NCBI GenBank assembly: GCA_013265495.1
Contig: MU058441.1
Span: 62,001-126,000 of the forward strand
Source of the DNA: Vicugna vicugna
Lineage: Eukaryota
DNA length: 64,000 nt
Reading direction: 5' to 3'
The notes below the pieces were generated by a model. The model did not search any database and was not told where the DNA came from. It saw only the letters and a list, made by a program, of their open reading frames with translations. Positions within the stretch are counted from its first letter, which is position 1; the number at the start of each line of letters is the position of its first letter. This document shows positions 1-30,571 of this stretch, piece by piece. The position numbers and the translations under genes were made by a program.

Positions 1-271
1 GCGCTGGAATCAGTGCCTCCCCTTCCACACCTCAGCGACAGGTCTTCTGCCCCCAAAGCTGGTCCACTACTACTGAGCCCACCCCACCTCCCTAGACCCG
101 CAGTCAGGGCCTGAGGAAAACAGAGTCGGGCGGGACCGAGTGGGATGGGGCCAGGCCCTGAAGGGGGGACAGGACCCCACTGGGCCCCCGCCATCAGCAG
201 GGACTGAGGAGGGAGGTGGAAGGTCCTGTCCTCCCTTTCCTGTGCTCTGTCCACCACCTGCCTCCCCTCAG

Positions 272-555
272 GCCACGGTTCTCTGTGACCTGCTGCTGCT
301 CCACATCCTGCCCAAGAGGCACTACTACAAGCAGAAGAAGTTCAAGTACGCAGAGGATGGGGGGCCAGGCGTGGTAAGAGAACTACCCACAGCCCGAGTC
401 CGCCCTTCAGAGGCGCCAGGCCTGCGAGCCTGCGCTGGGGAGCCTGCTGCTTCCCGGGGCTGACTTTCACCCACCCAACTCATACACAGGGTGCACGTGA
501 CCCTGCGGCCACCAGCTCCACCCTGGTCCTGCAGGAGAACATGAAAACGTCCTGA
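272..555 (+). CDS. P2RX1: P2X purinoceptor 1, 3'-terminal part, join(272..373,490..555)
   Basis: Exon 272-373 (cag|GCC...GTG|gtaaga) encodes [34 protein letters not shown], which is the end of TM2 plus the P2X YXXXK motif. Exon 490-555 (cag|GGT) encodes [21 protein letters not shown]. Matches the P2X1 C-terminus and sits upstream of CAMKK1 as in human. Confidence 0.95.
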
Positions 556-807
556 CCTTCGCCCCCGACTCCTGACTGAACGCGGCCTGTGGTGTCAGGC
601 AGGGGCCCTGGTGGGGTCCCAGCCAGGGCAGCAGGCTCTCCCCAGGAGCTCACCCACCCTCTCCGCCAGGTAGACACCAGGTTGCCGGAAGCCCAGGGTG
701 GACACTGGGAGAGACCTGCACAATTCTGGGCTCTGGTTCCAACTCTGCACCCACCCAAGGGGGTCTCACCCCGGCCTCAGCCTCTCCACTGCCTCATGTC
801 TCCAGAT

Positions 808-1006
808 CTGTGCTCTCCCGTACGGCAGCCACTAGCCATGGGTGATGATTTAAGTTCAAATTAATTAAGACTGAATAAAATAAACACTTTTGTTCCTCAC
901 ACTAGCCACATTACAACTGCTAAATACACAAATGTGGCTAGTGGTTGCCCTACTGAACCACACAGAACATTCCCAGCATTGCAGAAAGTTCTTTTGGACA
1001 GCTCTG
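808..1006 (-). mobile_element. MER3-like hAT-Charlie non-autonomous DNA transposon in the P2RX1 3' region
   Basis: Contains gccactagcca, an AT-rich ttaattaa core, atgtggctagtgg and the terminus gcagaaagttcttttggacagctctg, i.e. the reverse complement of the MER3 consensus as I recall it. Confidence 0.75.
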
Positions 1007-2097
1007 CTTGAAACCTGTTTCTTACTGGCCCCAGAGTGCCCTGGGGAGCTTATCAACAGAGGGTCCACCCCAGACCTCCCGAACCAGAATCTCCAGGGCT
1101 GGTCACATGGTCGGCAAGGATAACAAATCCTTCAGGTCATTTTCAGGACTTAAATTTTAGAACTGCTCCTGATCAGGTATCAGACTTAGCTGGGGCCTGC
1201 GTCACCTGTGTGCTCACAAGCCACATGGTGTCTCACTCATGCCCCTCATGTGCACAGGCACCTGCATACACACATCCCCTCCCATCCACTGTGTGTTTGA
1301 ACAGCTTGGGTCCTGCAAACACAACCATCTGAGCACACCCACACCCCCAGACACAGACTCAAGGTCCACGCCACATCACCCCCATGGGGATGTGCTTCTC
1401 CCCGAGTGTGTCAGGCCAGGACAGTCCCTTCTAGTGATGAGTTCTGACTCAGCTACCTCCGGTCAGGGTGGGAGCCTTAGCTGAATCTGGGGCTCCCTTC
1501 CTGTGACCCAGTGCCAGTTCCCAAGGCCTGCCCGGCTCTGTCTGAACACAAGGTCTGGGAAATCAAGGGGTGGCGTATAATAAAAAGAAGATGAATAAGT
1601 TCAAATCTCTGCCTTCTGCCCTTTCTTCCCAGCCCTCTCTGAAATTCAGCATTCCCATCTGTGAAATGCGGGGCCAAACTGAGCCATCTTCCAGGTCCTT
1701 CTGGATCTCTCCATGGGAGGTGGTTAGCCTACACTTATGCCCTGAGCCCAGCAAAGGGATTGTGGCAGGGGGTCAGCTCATCTCTAGCCATGGGCCGCTG
1801 TCCTGGCACAGCCCGAACGTTGGAGCTCTTCCCAATCCTCCACACACCGCTCCTATGGCTTTGAAAAGCCAGGCACTGGGACAAGCAGAGATCCCAGGAC
1901 CGGCCTCATGACAGCAGGGATAAGGAAGGGGCTGTCTGTCCCAGGAGAGTGATCTGACGGAATCCCAAAGGGGAGGGTCTTGAATGGAGACTGTGTGGAA
2001 CGATTCTCCAGGCACCCTGTTGTGGGCATGACCTGCAGTCTGGACTTACAGCCTGGAAGGGGTTTTGGGCACCCCCATCACCAGGCTTCGTCTAGAC

Positions 2098-2283
2098 CAG
2101 TGTTGTCCAACAGCAATGACGGAACGTTCTCTGTGTGTGCTGCTCAATGTAGTATTCACACGGGGCCATTAGGTATTTAGAATGTGGCTCAGACAACTGA
2201 GGAACTGAATTCTTAATTTTATTCACTTCTAATTAATTTCAATCACCATGTGTGGCTAGTGGCTACCATACTGGATGGCACAA
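2098..2283 (+). mobile_element. MER3-like hAT-Charlie element
   Basis: cagtgttgtccaa...aatgtggct...actgaggaactgaattcttaattttatt...tgtggctagtggctaccatactggatggcac. Confidence 0.75.
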
Positions 2284-3099
2284 GACAGCCCTTCCCCTCT
2301 CCCTCAGGCCCTGTCCTTCTCGCCTCTTCCCCAGCCAAGAACCATCCTGCAGATTTTACAAGACAAGAACTGCCTCTTCTTTCCTTCCTTTCTTCTCCAC
2401 ACCTACCTGCTTTTGCACCTCCCGTCCCCTTCCTTCCAGAAGGAGCAGAGGATTCCTCCTTGGCATCCAACCCTTACCCGGCCCAGAGACCTCCCAGCAG
2501 AGGCCGCCTCTCCTCTCTCCCATTCTGGCATCTGCTCCCTTCTTCTGCCTCCTCCTAGCCCACGTTCCCCTGCAGCTCTGCCCACTCTCCCTTCACTGCC
2601 ACCATTCCAGAAAGACCAGTCTTCCCGCTGCAACCCACCCTCTACAGTTGGCCTCCAGCCCCTAACCATACTTCCAGATGCCCTTGCCAAGGTTACCAGC
2701 AGCGCCTGGTTGCCAAATCCAAGCAGACACTTTAGCCCGTATCCTGCTTGGCCTGTCAGCCTCTGACAGTGTTGACCGAACCCTCCTTTGTTGGAAGATT
2801 TCCTTCCAGCGGCGCCTAGACCCACCCTCTCCTGATTTCCCAGCCAGGCTGGTGTGTAGGGAAAAGAATTTTCGATTGCAGCTCTGCCATGAGTCACTAT
2901 GTGTCCTTGGGCAAGTTGCTTAACTCTCTAAGCCTCCTCTGAGAGTCAGGGATAATAATAGCCTCTACTCAGGTTGGGGTAAGATAAGATATGTAAAGTG
3001 CCTACCTTGGAGCCTGGCACAGAATAGTGCTCTGCCCTGCCATCTATCCTCTCTTTTAATGGTGGAGTCAGCTAGCTATCCCTGGATAGCTATTCTCTC

Positions 3100-3440
3100 T
3101 ACAGTGATATGATCTTTGGTTCTTGGCTGGGTATGTGGCTGCCTAGAATGGAAGCTGCATTTCCCAGCCTCCTCTTATAGCTGGTCATGTGACTAAGTTA
3201 TGGCTAATAAGATGTACGTGGAAGTATCATGTGACACCTTCTGGGAACTTTCCTTAAAAGACAGCTGGTGCAGATCCTTTGCCCTGTTCAGCTTTGTCTC
3301 CATCCCACTGCCTGGAATGCATATGTGATGGCTGGAGCTCTAGTCACATCCTGAGCCCTGAGGACAAGAGTCAAATCCAGAGGTTACTGGAGCAGTGAGT
3401 GGAAAGAGCCACCTGGGAGGTCTTTGTGGAACAAAGCTGA
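3100..3440. mobile_element. Old ERVL/MaLR-type LTR remnant (LTR16/MLT1-like)
   Basis: Motifs gctgcatttcccagcctcc, ggtcatgtgactaagtt and ctgcctggaatgca..gtgatggctggagctc are typical of these LTRs. Boundaries approximate. Confidence 0.55.
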
Positions 3441-3445
3441 TGTAC

Positions 3446-3860
3446 TGTTACCCAAAAACTGGGTTCATGCCTTCTACTTCTTCTACTTCTTCTTTTTTTT
3501 GGAGGGGGAGGTTATTATGTTTATTTATTCTTAGAGGAGGTACTGGAGATTGAACCCAGGGCCTTGTACATGCTAAGTCTTGAGATATACCCTCTCCCTG
3601 GATTCACTTCTTGGTGGGTGTCGAGCCAAAAGACACAACCAAGTCAAAGAGTAGGAGGAGGGACTTATTACTTGCAGTATATAAGGAGAATACTGAGGAT
3701 CTTTCCTAAAGCAGTATCTCCCTGAACAGCAAAATTGGAGACGTTTTAAGGTAAGGGTACACGCATATTCATGAAGGGGCTTGGGCAATGTACACATCAT
3801 AGAATTGTGGCAAAGGCTGACAGAGTACAAGATTTAGTTGATTGATGTCACAAGGGTCAT
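3446..3860 (-). mobile_element. ERV LTR fragment interrupted by a SINE
   Basis: Begins tgttacccaaaa and resumes after the SINE with gggtgtcgagccaaaagacacaaccaag...ttattacttgcag, which reads like an antisense LTR U5/R. Family not determined. Confidence 0.45.
3493..3598 (-). mobile_element. tRNA-derived SINE (Vic-1-like), internally deleted
   Basis: Reverse complement reads gagagggtatatctcaag..cttagcatgtacaaggccctgggttcaatctccagtacctcc plus an AT-rich tail and poly(A). B-box GGTTCAATC present. Confidence 0.8.
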
Positions 3861-4849
3861 GTGTTGCTAACCCACACTAGGCAGTGAGATGATCATACAG
3901 AAAGGTTTCTGGCAGAAGGGGCACTGAACCAAGCCCTGAAAGGAGTCAGGCAAGTAGTAAGGACTCAGGTCATGGAGGGTCTGATTAGATCTATTCTCAG
4001 GATACTGGTGAGTCATGGAAGATTCCTAAGCAGGAGCTGACTAGCTGGACTTTTGTTTCTGAAATATTCCTCTGGCTGTCAGGTGAGGAAAAGCAAGTGG
4101 GTAAGGGTGGGAGGTGGTGAGGCTGGATTGAGGTGGGAGGTTAATGAAGAGGCTGCTGCAGCAATTCAGGTGAAGAAGATAGTAACTGAACTAAGGGGAG
4201 AAGCAGATAAGTGGAAACAGGTGGATGGATTCTAGGGCTATTTAAGAAGCAGCAGGGGCATGGCATGGTGATTGACTGTTTGGAACAGGAAAGGGGTAGG
4301 CTGTGAAGACTCCCAGGTTTCTGGCTCCAGATTGGGACAGGGAGGCAAGAGGCGAGGTTTGGGGGAGTGATACGAAGCTATGTCTTGTGCAAGTGGTGGA
4401 GTGAGGTGCAAGTGGTGGGGTGGGTGCCAGATGACACGCAGTGGAGAATGTAACTGAACAAAGAGTTGATGAGCTCTCCAGCGAAGAGGTGGGGGACAGA
4501 GGCCCCAGAAACAGCTATCGTGAAGGTCAGGATGTCCTCTTGTCCCCCCCATTCTCCCTGCTCCAGCTAGGCCATTCCTGTCGCCTGCTCACAGTCCTTC
4601 CCCAAACAAGAACCTAATTATGACCCCACCACTCTGTTAAAACCGCTTCCTGTCTCCCTTACCCTCACCCCCACCCCCCTCAGCGGAAGGCTAAACTCCT
4701 CAGTTTACCATTCAAGGTCTTTCTCACTGGCCGTCGGCCTGGGCCCCATCCCCTGTTGACCATCTCGCTTTGCCCCTCTCCTAATACACACTGAGCCTCA
4801 TTCCCCCCAACCCACGGGGGTTCGTGCGCCTTTGACCCTGACAGGCCGA

Positions 4850-6020
4850 GATGGTTGGGGCACAATGGGTTTTTCAGGGGAAGCGCCCGTATCCTCTAAG
4901 CCTCGCTAAGGGGCCCATGCCACGGCTTGGAGGGAGTTCGGGAACCCTAGGCGCCTGCAGCAGGGTGACGGGGGCGTGACCAGCCCAGTCCCGCCGCAGG
5001 AGGAGGTGCCCCTGCCGAGCCACCGCCCGCGGCAGCCCCTCCCCTCCAGGAGCAGGCGGGAGTCCTGGGCTCTGATTGGGTGGTGCCGGAGGGGGCCGCG
5101 CGGCCCGACCAATGAGCACGGGCCAGGCGCGGTAGCGGGCGGAGGAGCTAGCGCTGCCTGGAGCCGCGGCGCAGGCAGTCTGAGCTCCGCGATCTCGGCC
5201 CTGGCGAGGCGGGCGGGGCGGGCAGGGAGCGCGCCGCGGGAGCGAGCCTCGCCGCCCGCCGGGCCGCGGAGACCGTCGCAGGCACCCAGGTAGGGGTCAG
5301 CTGGAAGGGGACCTGGGGCGGGCAGCAGGAGAGAACTAATGTCTGAACGTCTGCTCGGAGCCTGCGGAGGAGAGGGATGGTCTGCGAGGCTGCGTCTGCA
5401 AGGACATTAGAGACCTCGTCCATGCGGGGATCCTCCCCCTTCGGTCTGCGGGGCCCGGTCTGTGGGGTACCTCCCGGAGCCTGCTTCTATCTGCGCTGGC
5501 ACCTGGGATCGCATCTATGAGGGCGCCCCGCCGTCTGCGTCCCTTCCCCAGCTCTGGTCGGCGGGACCGCGTCCATACGCGGCGCACTACCTCCGCCCCA
5601 GCTCTTGGTGGGAGGCCGTGTCTATGTGGAGTGGGCCCAGACGGGTGCACCCACGTGTGGATCTGCGCGGAGCGCTCCTCCCACACGGCCCTCCCGTGAG
5701 CCTTCCTGCAGGAGCTGTGGCGGGGGGATGAATGGGACAGATGGGGCGCGCGTGGCTTTAGCTGCGCAGTCCTCCCAGGCTGGGGCCAGGGGGAGGTGGG
5801 CGAGGGAGGTGGACGCTGCGGTTTCTGCGGCCCGACAGCACAGAGAACTGGTGGCTCGGAGGGTGCACACGTGCGCGGTGACCTGTGTGTGGTGTTTGGA
5901 GGCGGGTGTGCATGTGTCACGTGGACACGGGAGTGTGCCTGTGTGTGTGAGGGGGGTGCATTACAGGATGGAGTGGTGTGTGAGGGCGGGTCACGCGGAC
6001 ATCGGCGTGCGCCTGTTCCG
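4850..6020 (+). promoter_or_regulatory. CAMKK1: CAMKK1 CpG-island promoter
   Basis: Dense CpG/GC stretch with an inverted CCAAT (ATTGG 5075-5079), a CCAAT at 5109-5113 and GC boxes (gggcggggcggg about 5211-5222). No TATA box seen. Confidence 0.8.
5150..5289 (+). other. CAMKK1: CAMKK1 non-coding exon 1 (5' start approximate)
   Basis: Lies just downstream of the CCAAT boxes and ends at the donor CAG|gtaggg (5289/5290). It would splice to the acceptor at 11858. Confidence 0.65.
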
Positions 6021-6028
6021 GGAGTGGG

Positions 6029-6050
6029 GTGTGTGTGTGTGTGTGTGTGT
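6029..6050. repeat. (GT)11 microsatellite
   Basis: Directly visible. Confidence 0.9.
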
Positions 6051-6669
6051 CTTGAGAGTACAGGGGTGTGTAGAAAAGGTTATGTCCCAGGTCACAGGAC
6101 TGTGCCTTGGTGGGCACATTTGGGGTTGTATATTTGCCAGGTGGGCTGGGGAGTCGGGAGGGGTGCAGAGCTTGTGTCCTTGAGGATGCACTGGCCGCCC
6201 CCACGGCCCTCACTCCTTCCTTCAGGACATACAGACTGAGCACCCACGATATACCAGACCATGTCCTAGGCCCGCAGACTCTAGGGACCCCTGCCTTTTC
6301 CTTGGCCTCTTACCTTCAGTCCCAACAGAAGGCAGAGGGATCACTTTAAAACCTCATCCATCTGAGACACTCCCCTGCTCAAAATTCTCCTCTGGCTTTT
6401 GAGACCTCCTGGTCTCTGTCCATAAAGCACCTCCAACCGACCCCAAAGCCACGTTCTGAGTCCCAGACAGGAAATAGTTCTCTGTCATGCACAGTGTGAA
6501 CTTCCATCCTCTCCTCTGAAATCCTTACTCAGTGGTCATGAAAGATCGTAAATGCCACCTCCTGGAATCCTTCCCTGAGATCAGGCACAGTGAATGACTG
6601 GGCCTTCTCTTTCAGGTGTCACTCTGCTTTGCCATTGGGTTCCTCTCGCATGTGGAACGCCCCACTCCA

Positions 6670-7100
6670 GCGACCCCCGCCTCCTTGCTGATCCTCAGAT
6701 AGTAGTGCAAGCACTGTCTCCCCTCACAGCCTTTGCAGTTGCTGTGCCTGAAATGCCCTTCCCAGATGTCCATGCTGCTCGCGCCCTCACTTCCTTCAGA
6801 TTCTGCTCAAATCCTGCATCAGAGAGATGTTAACTGACCTCACTATGTAAACAGCGCCCCCTAGCGCCTTGCTCTTGATCCCCCTTACATGATTGCATAT
6901 TTCCCCCATAGTTTGTAGGGCTTGAGGTATCGTCTGCTAATTCCTGACTTTCTTGTTTGTTGCCTCTTGCCCCGCTAGAGATTAAACTTCGTGAAAGCAG
7001 GAACTTTGTCTTTTTGGTTCACCGTTTTATCTGCCATTACCTAGCACAGTACCTGGGCACATACAGCAGCTGGTCAGTGATTGTTGCATGAATGAATGAC
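6670..7100 (+). mobile_element. L2 LINE 3' remnant
   Basis: gcctttgcagttgctgtgcctgaaatgcccttccc...acctagcacagtacctgggcacatacagcag...ttgttgcatgaatgaatga is the typical L2 3' end. Confidence 0.6.
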
Positions 7101-7399
7101 TCTGGGTTTGTGTCCCAGAAGTCTGTGTCTCTGGCTGCTCCCCAACCAGTGAGCCCCAGTCTGAGGCTAGGTCTCCTGCTCTTCTGTCTCCCAGATTCCA
7201 AGATCCTGGAAGGCCAGGTCTGGAAGAACTGTGACCAAATTGGCATGTTAGGAACATTCCTTCTAGCAACTGGTACAGAGGATGGGGTGAGGTGGGTTGG
7301 GGTGTGAGCCTGGAGGCGGCGGCCTGTGTGGCAGAGCAGTGGGAAAGGACAGTTGAGGTCTGAATCTAGACTTTTTAAGGAGTTCGATTTCGTTACCTA

Positions 7400-7830
7400 A
7401 CCCAGTAGTGGGGAGATCAGGGAGGGCTTCCAGAGGAGGAGATGTCTGAACTGTCCTGGCAGCAAAGGAGAGGGAGATGTGTTCTTGGCAGAAGGCGCAG
7501 CTTGTACAAAGATCCGGCAGCTGAACAGAGTCTGCAGTTTGGGGCGCTGTGAGTACTGTGGAGTGGCCAGGGTGGAGAATAACTGTGGGGCTGGGGGAGT
7601 AAGGATGGGTGAGAGGGAGAAGATGGATGATAAGGAGGGCTGCTGGGTTTCTGGCCTGGGAGAACTGGGAGGATGGTGGCCTTTGTTTCTGTGATGGGGA
7701 CAGAGGAGGAAGAGCAGACTTGGGGGAAATGCTGAGTTGAATTTGAGCCGCGTTGGAACAGAGCTGCCCAGGAACATGGAGGGGAGGAGGCAGCCGGCTG
7801 GAAAGAGTTGGGCTGGAGGCACAAACCTGG
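7400..7830 (-). mobile_element. L2 LINE remnant (antisense)
   Basis: gatcagggagggcttccagaggagg...gggtttctggcctggg..actgggaggatggtgg..ctgagttgaatttgag is the antisense L2 pattern. Confidence 0.55.
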
Positions 7831-10800
7831 TGTGGAGGATGTGGAAGGGCAGAGGGAGAGGGAGCAACCAGGAGACCATCAGCCAAGGGGTGCTGAGGAT
7901 GTGCCGAGGGTTGCTGTGCTGAATCAGGCACAGAGCCCGCCTCAGTGCCTGGGGCCTCCCTGGAGATGGTGGGAGGGGGGGCGTCCTTGCAGCAGGCGTT
8001 CTTAAGCATGACTTGGCACCAGATGCCTGGGCCTCCCTCGAGGGTACTGAGTCATCCCGAGCGGGGGTGGGAGCCACGGAGGACACCCGTTGCCAGGGCC
8101 ATCCAGACACTTGTCAGGAGCATAAACACGGCTCCTGTGAGGCAGCGCAGGGATGTCAAGACCACTTCTGTGTCTAGCCGGGGTGGCTCCACTGCCTCCT
8201 TATGGCTTTCCCTTCTGGCCAGTCCTCAGCCTGTCAGGGCTGCATCTTTTCTTGCCTAGGTAGCTGGTCCCCTGCTCAACCTGGCCTTGAGGTTCACAGC
8301 AGCCTTCCAGAAGCTCAGGGTGAGGCCTGACGAGTGTCTGAAGTCATCCCAGGTGGGGCTGCTTGAACAAGTGTGAGTGAGAGCAGGATGTGCCTGCCCT
8401 GTCCTGCTCTTGGCCTCCTCTGAGGGACCCAGGTGGATAAGGAGGAGGTCTGGCCAAACAGGATTTGGAGCCAGACCCCTGGTGCTGAAAGACATAGCCT
8501 GGGAGGAGAAGCCTGAGCGGCCAGGCCGTCCCAGAGCCATGGGGCAGATACAGGGTTGTACTTTGTACATCAAGGCTGTCTCTCGGTGGCTTTGTGACAC
8601 CCCACACTGCTTAGGCACCACCTGCTTCAGTGTCCACAATCTCATCCACTTCCTCCCATAACCCTGGGAGTTGGCAGGGTGGTGGCCACCGATCCGATTC
8701 GCATATGAGGAAACTGAGGCTCCAAAGAGGTTCAATGACTTGTCCGAGGTAACACATCACAGTCTGGGAGGATGGACTAGGGTAGCTCTTCCCAGTAAGG
8801 GAAGGCCTGAGCCAGGCCGTTCTTGGCTGGAGGACTAGGCTGGTCCCTAAGAGGCTCCTCATGCCCGTAGGGGTCCCTGCTCTGCCCTGGGCCTGGGTGC
8901 CAGCCTGTCTGTCCTTCTGTTTGCTCACGTGGTTCCTAGCTACCTGCCAAGCCAGTTCCTACATAGCGTCTACTGAGGCCTCAGCTTAGGGTGGGCCTTG
9001 AGAGAGGGCTGCGTCCTGCCCAAGACACACAGCCCAGCCCAGCCCAGCCCAGCAGGCAGCCCCATGGTGGTGGACTGGTGACCACATGGGAGGATCAAAC
9101 TTGACCTTCTGAGATCAAGTTCCCATGGTCCAGGGATGCACTTCCCACCCTCCGGCGCCTAGTCCTGGGGCACACGTACACGGAGACCTAAAAGCACCGA
9201 GTGCGCATGAACACACTTATCCGCGCATATAGACCACAGCCATAGATGTTTGTCTCCCTGCGGATGTGCTCCTGGGTGCGGACCCCTAACACACACACAC
9301 ACAAAGACACACACCGTCACCCTAGCCCTGCTCACACGTATTCTCTCACTCGGACACACAGCCTCACACGCATAGCCTCTAGTATCAGGACCTGTCGCCT
9401 GGACACGAGGCAAGACCCTGGGGCCTCCCCAGGGCTGCCTCCCGCAGACGTGCTTAGTCACCTGAATGTGATCCAGGCGGGAGGGAGGGAGGAGGGCCTG
9501 ACGTCAGCCCTCACAGCTGCCTTGTGCCGCCCGCGCATCCATCTGGGCCACCCTGTGTCCCAGGCAATCACAACAACAGCAGCACAACAACTCAGTTTTA
9601 CGGGGCTTCTTGAGCGGTAGGCTGGGGTTCTGAGCCCAGTAAGGGCGTTCACTCCTTTCCTCCTCACAACTGCTGGGAGGTGAGGTTGCTATTAACCCCA
9701 TTCTGTGGCTGGAGAAAACCTAGGCACAAAGAGCAGTCACCTGCCCGTGGGCACACAGCCAGGAAGGGGCGTAGCCTGGCAGTCTGGCTTCAGAGCCTGG
9801 GCCCTAAACCAGGTGACAGGTCCCAAACTGGAGCGGGAAGACTCTGCCCTGACCTGCTGTGTGACCCTAGGCCCATCCTTGCCCCTGGCTGACAGAAGAG
9901 CCTCAGGGAAATCATATGCAAATGTGATTGGGGCAGCCTGTGGTCTCTGCCTGTGGTAGCTCTCAGTCCCTTGGTCTCTGCCCTGGACCACAGGGCAGGA
10001 GTTCCTGACACTGCGGTTCATTCCCTGGGGCCTTAGGCTTGTTGGGGTCCCTTCTCTGAGGCTGCTTTCCCTTCTGTCTAGTGGGGCAAGGACTGCAATG
10101 ATCACTACGTCAACCACTCATTCATTCCACAGATATTTATCAGGTTCCGACTATGTGCCACGCACTTCTGCAGACATCAATGACCTTATGACGACAAGGC
10201 AGACAAGTGCCCTAATCTATGGCATTTATACTCTGGTGGGAGAAAAAGGGCCTACAGAGTGAGAGGGAGGGGCAGCCAGCGTAGGCCAGCTAGAGGGAGG
10301 AGTCGGGTGGGTGGGCCAGGCTTGGAGGGCTCCCTTTAGCCTTGGCTGCTTCCTTCCTGCCCCCAGCCTGGTTCCCAAAGCCTCTCTGATATTCTAATCC
10401 CATTCCACCTCCTCCAAGGAGGCCTCCCTGAGGCTCTAGCCTCACCAAGCCCCGCTCCCCTCACTCCTCTGGCTCCAGCCTCCATGTCTTTTTCTGTTGT
10501 CAGTCTGAATTCCTTTCCCCCTTCCCTTTCTACATTCCAACTATCAGCTCCATCACCTCCAGGCTTCCACTTATTCAGTGCACTGTGCCAGGAACTCGGG
10601 GTCTGGACCACATTCTCACTTACAGTCCATCTCCAAGCCTTGCCCTAGGGAATCTGGGAAGGTTCTGCTTCTGTAGTACAGGTGGGGAGACTGAGGCTCA
10701 GAGTCGGGAAGGAGCTTGACCGGCAGGACTGGAACCCAGCCCAGGCTCCTGGCCAGTGGATTCCAAAGAGCCCTGCCTCCTTGACATCTGTCAAAGCAAG

Positions 10801-11897
10801 TTAACGGGGGAACGAGGGGTGGAATGGAGACCGTGTTCTCAAAATCGTTGTGTGATTATGGCGCAAGTCACCACCAGACAGGAAGGGCAGAGGGTCAGAA
10901 GGCCCTTACTTCCTTTTCCTGAGAAGATGCTGAGTCTGGCCCAGGAAGAGGGAGGGGCACTGGCTGGGGTGGGGCCAGTGCTCGGCCTGGGGCAGAGACG
11001 GAATCCCAGCCTGAGTGTCCGGTTTAGCCCCGGGTCAGGGATCAGCCCAGGGTTGTGGTCCAGCATGAAGGCTGGGACTGGACACTAGAGGTTGGTTTGG
11101 GGTTCAAGCTGGAGTTAGTCCTTGGCGCGAGGCCTGATTGGGGGTGTAAGGCCAGGGTGGGTGTAAGGCCAGGCCAGGGGGAGCGTCTCAGCCTGAACAG
11201 ATGTGGCGACTTGAATAAACTGGAAGGAACAACCAGGAAAAATAAGTGCAGTGAAGTCTCCACAGCCACCAAAGCAGCCGTCCCTTCCCTAATGGGCCCC
11301 GTCCTGGGCTGCAGGCTCTCCCGGGCCGTGATGGAGTGGAGGTGGGGTCCTGGGGCATCAGGACGGCCTCTGCATTACCAGTGCCCAGCTCATCCCAGCT
11401 CAGCTTCTCGGCATCATTGGAATGCTCTGCTGTCCAGGGGTGGGGCTGTGAGTCACTGTACTGCCTGCAGGATGGGGGCCTGAGCTGACCCTGGGCTGTT
11501 TCTCCCAGCACTGCTGGGCCTCCAGTGTTCTGTCCGTGTTTGTCTGTCCTGACTCCAGAATATCAGATTCTCCCTGCTACCCTGTGAAGCCAGCAAGTCT
11601 GCCACCGTGATTGTACCTGCTTTACAGATGGGGATACTGAGGTCTAGAGGGCTGTGTACAGTGGAGCCAGATGAGTTCCTGGAATTCCTTCAGTTAGCAG
11701 GCAAACCTGAGTTTGGATGCTGGCAGCCCAGGCAGAGGGAACAGGCAGGGCCAGGGCCTGGAGGTGGGACCCACAGATTGTGGCTACAATAGGAAGGGGG
11801 CCTGGAAATCTGACCTCCTTGGCCAGGATTGAAGCCTTCTCTGCCCTCTTTTCTCAGGTTCCCCATAAGGCTGCACAGAGGACCCCCTTGACTGGCG

Positions 11898-30571
<18,674 letters not shown>

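Noticed and set aside
5109..5127. ERSE-like CCAAT-N9-CCAGG in the CAMKK1 promoter
   Set aside because: Mismatch in the critical CCACG half-site; likely chance in GC-rich DNA.
7263..8110. 248-aa and 237-aa minus-strand ORFs
   Set aside because: They overlie a degenerate L2 remnant, show no recognisable domain and overlap in different frames.
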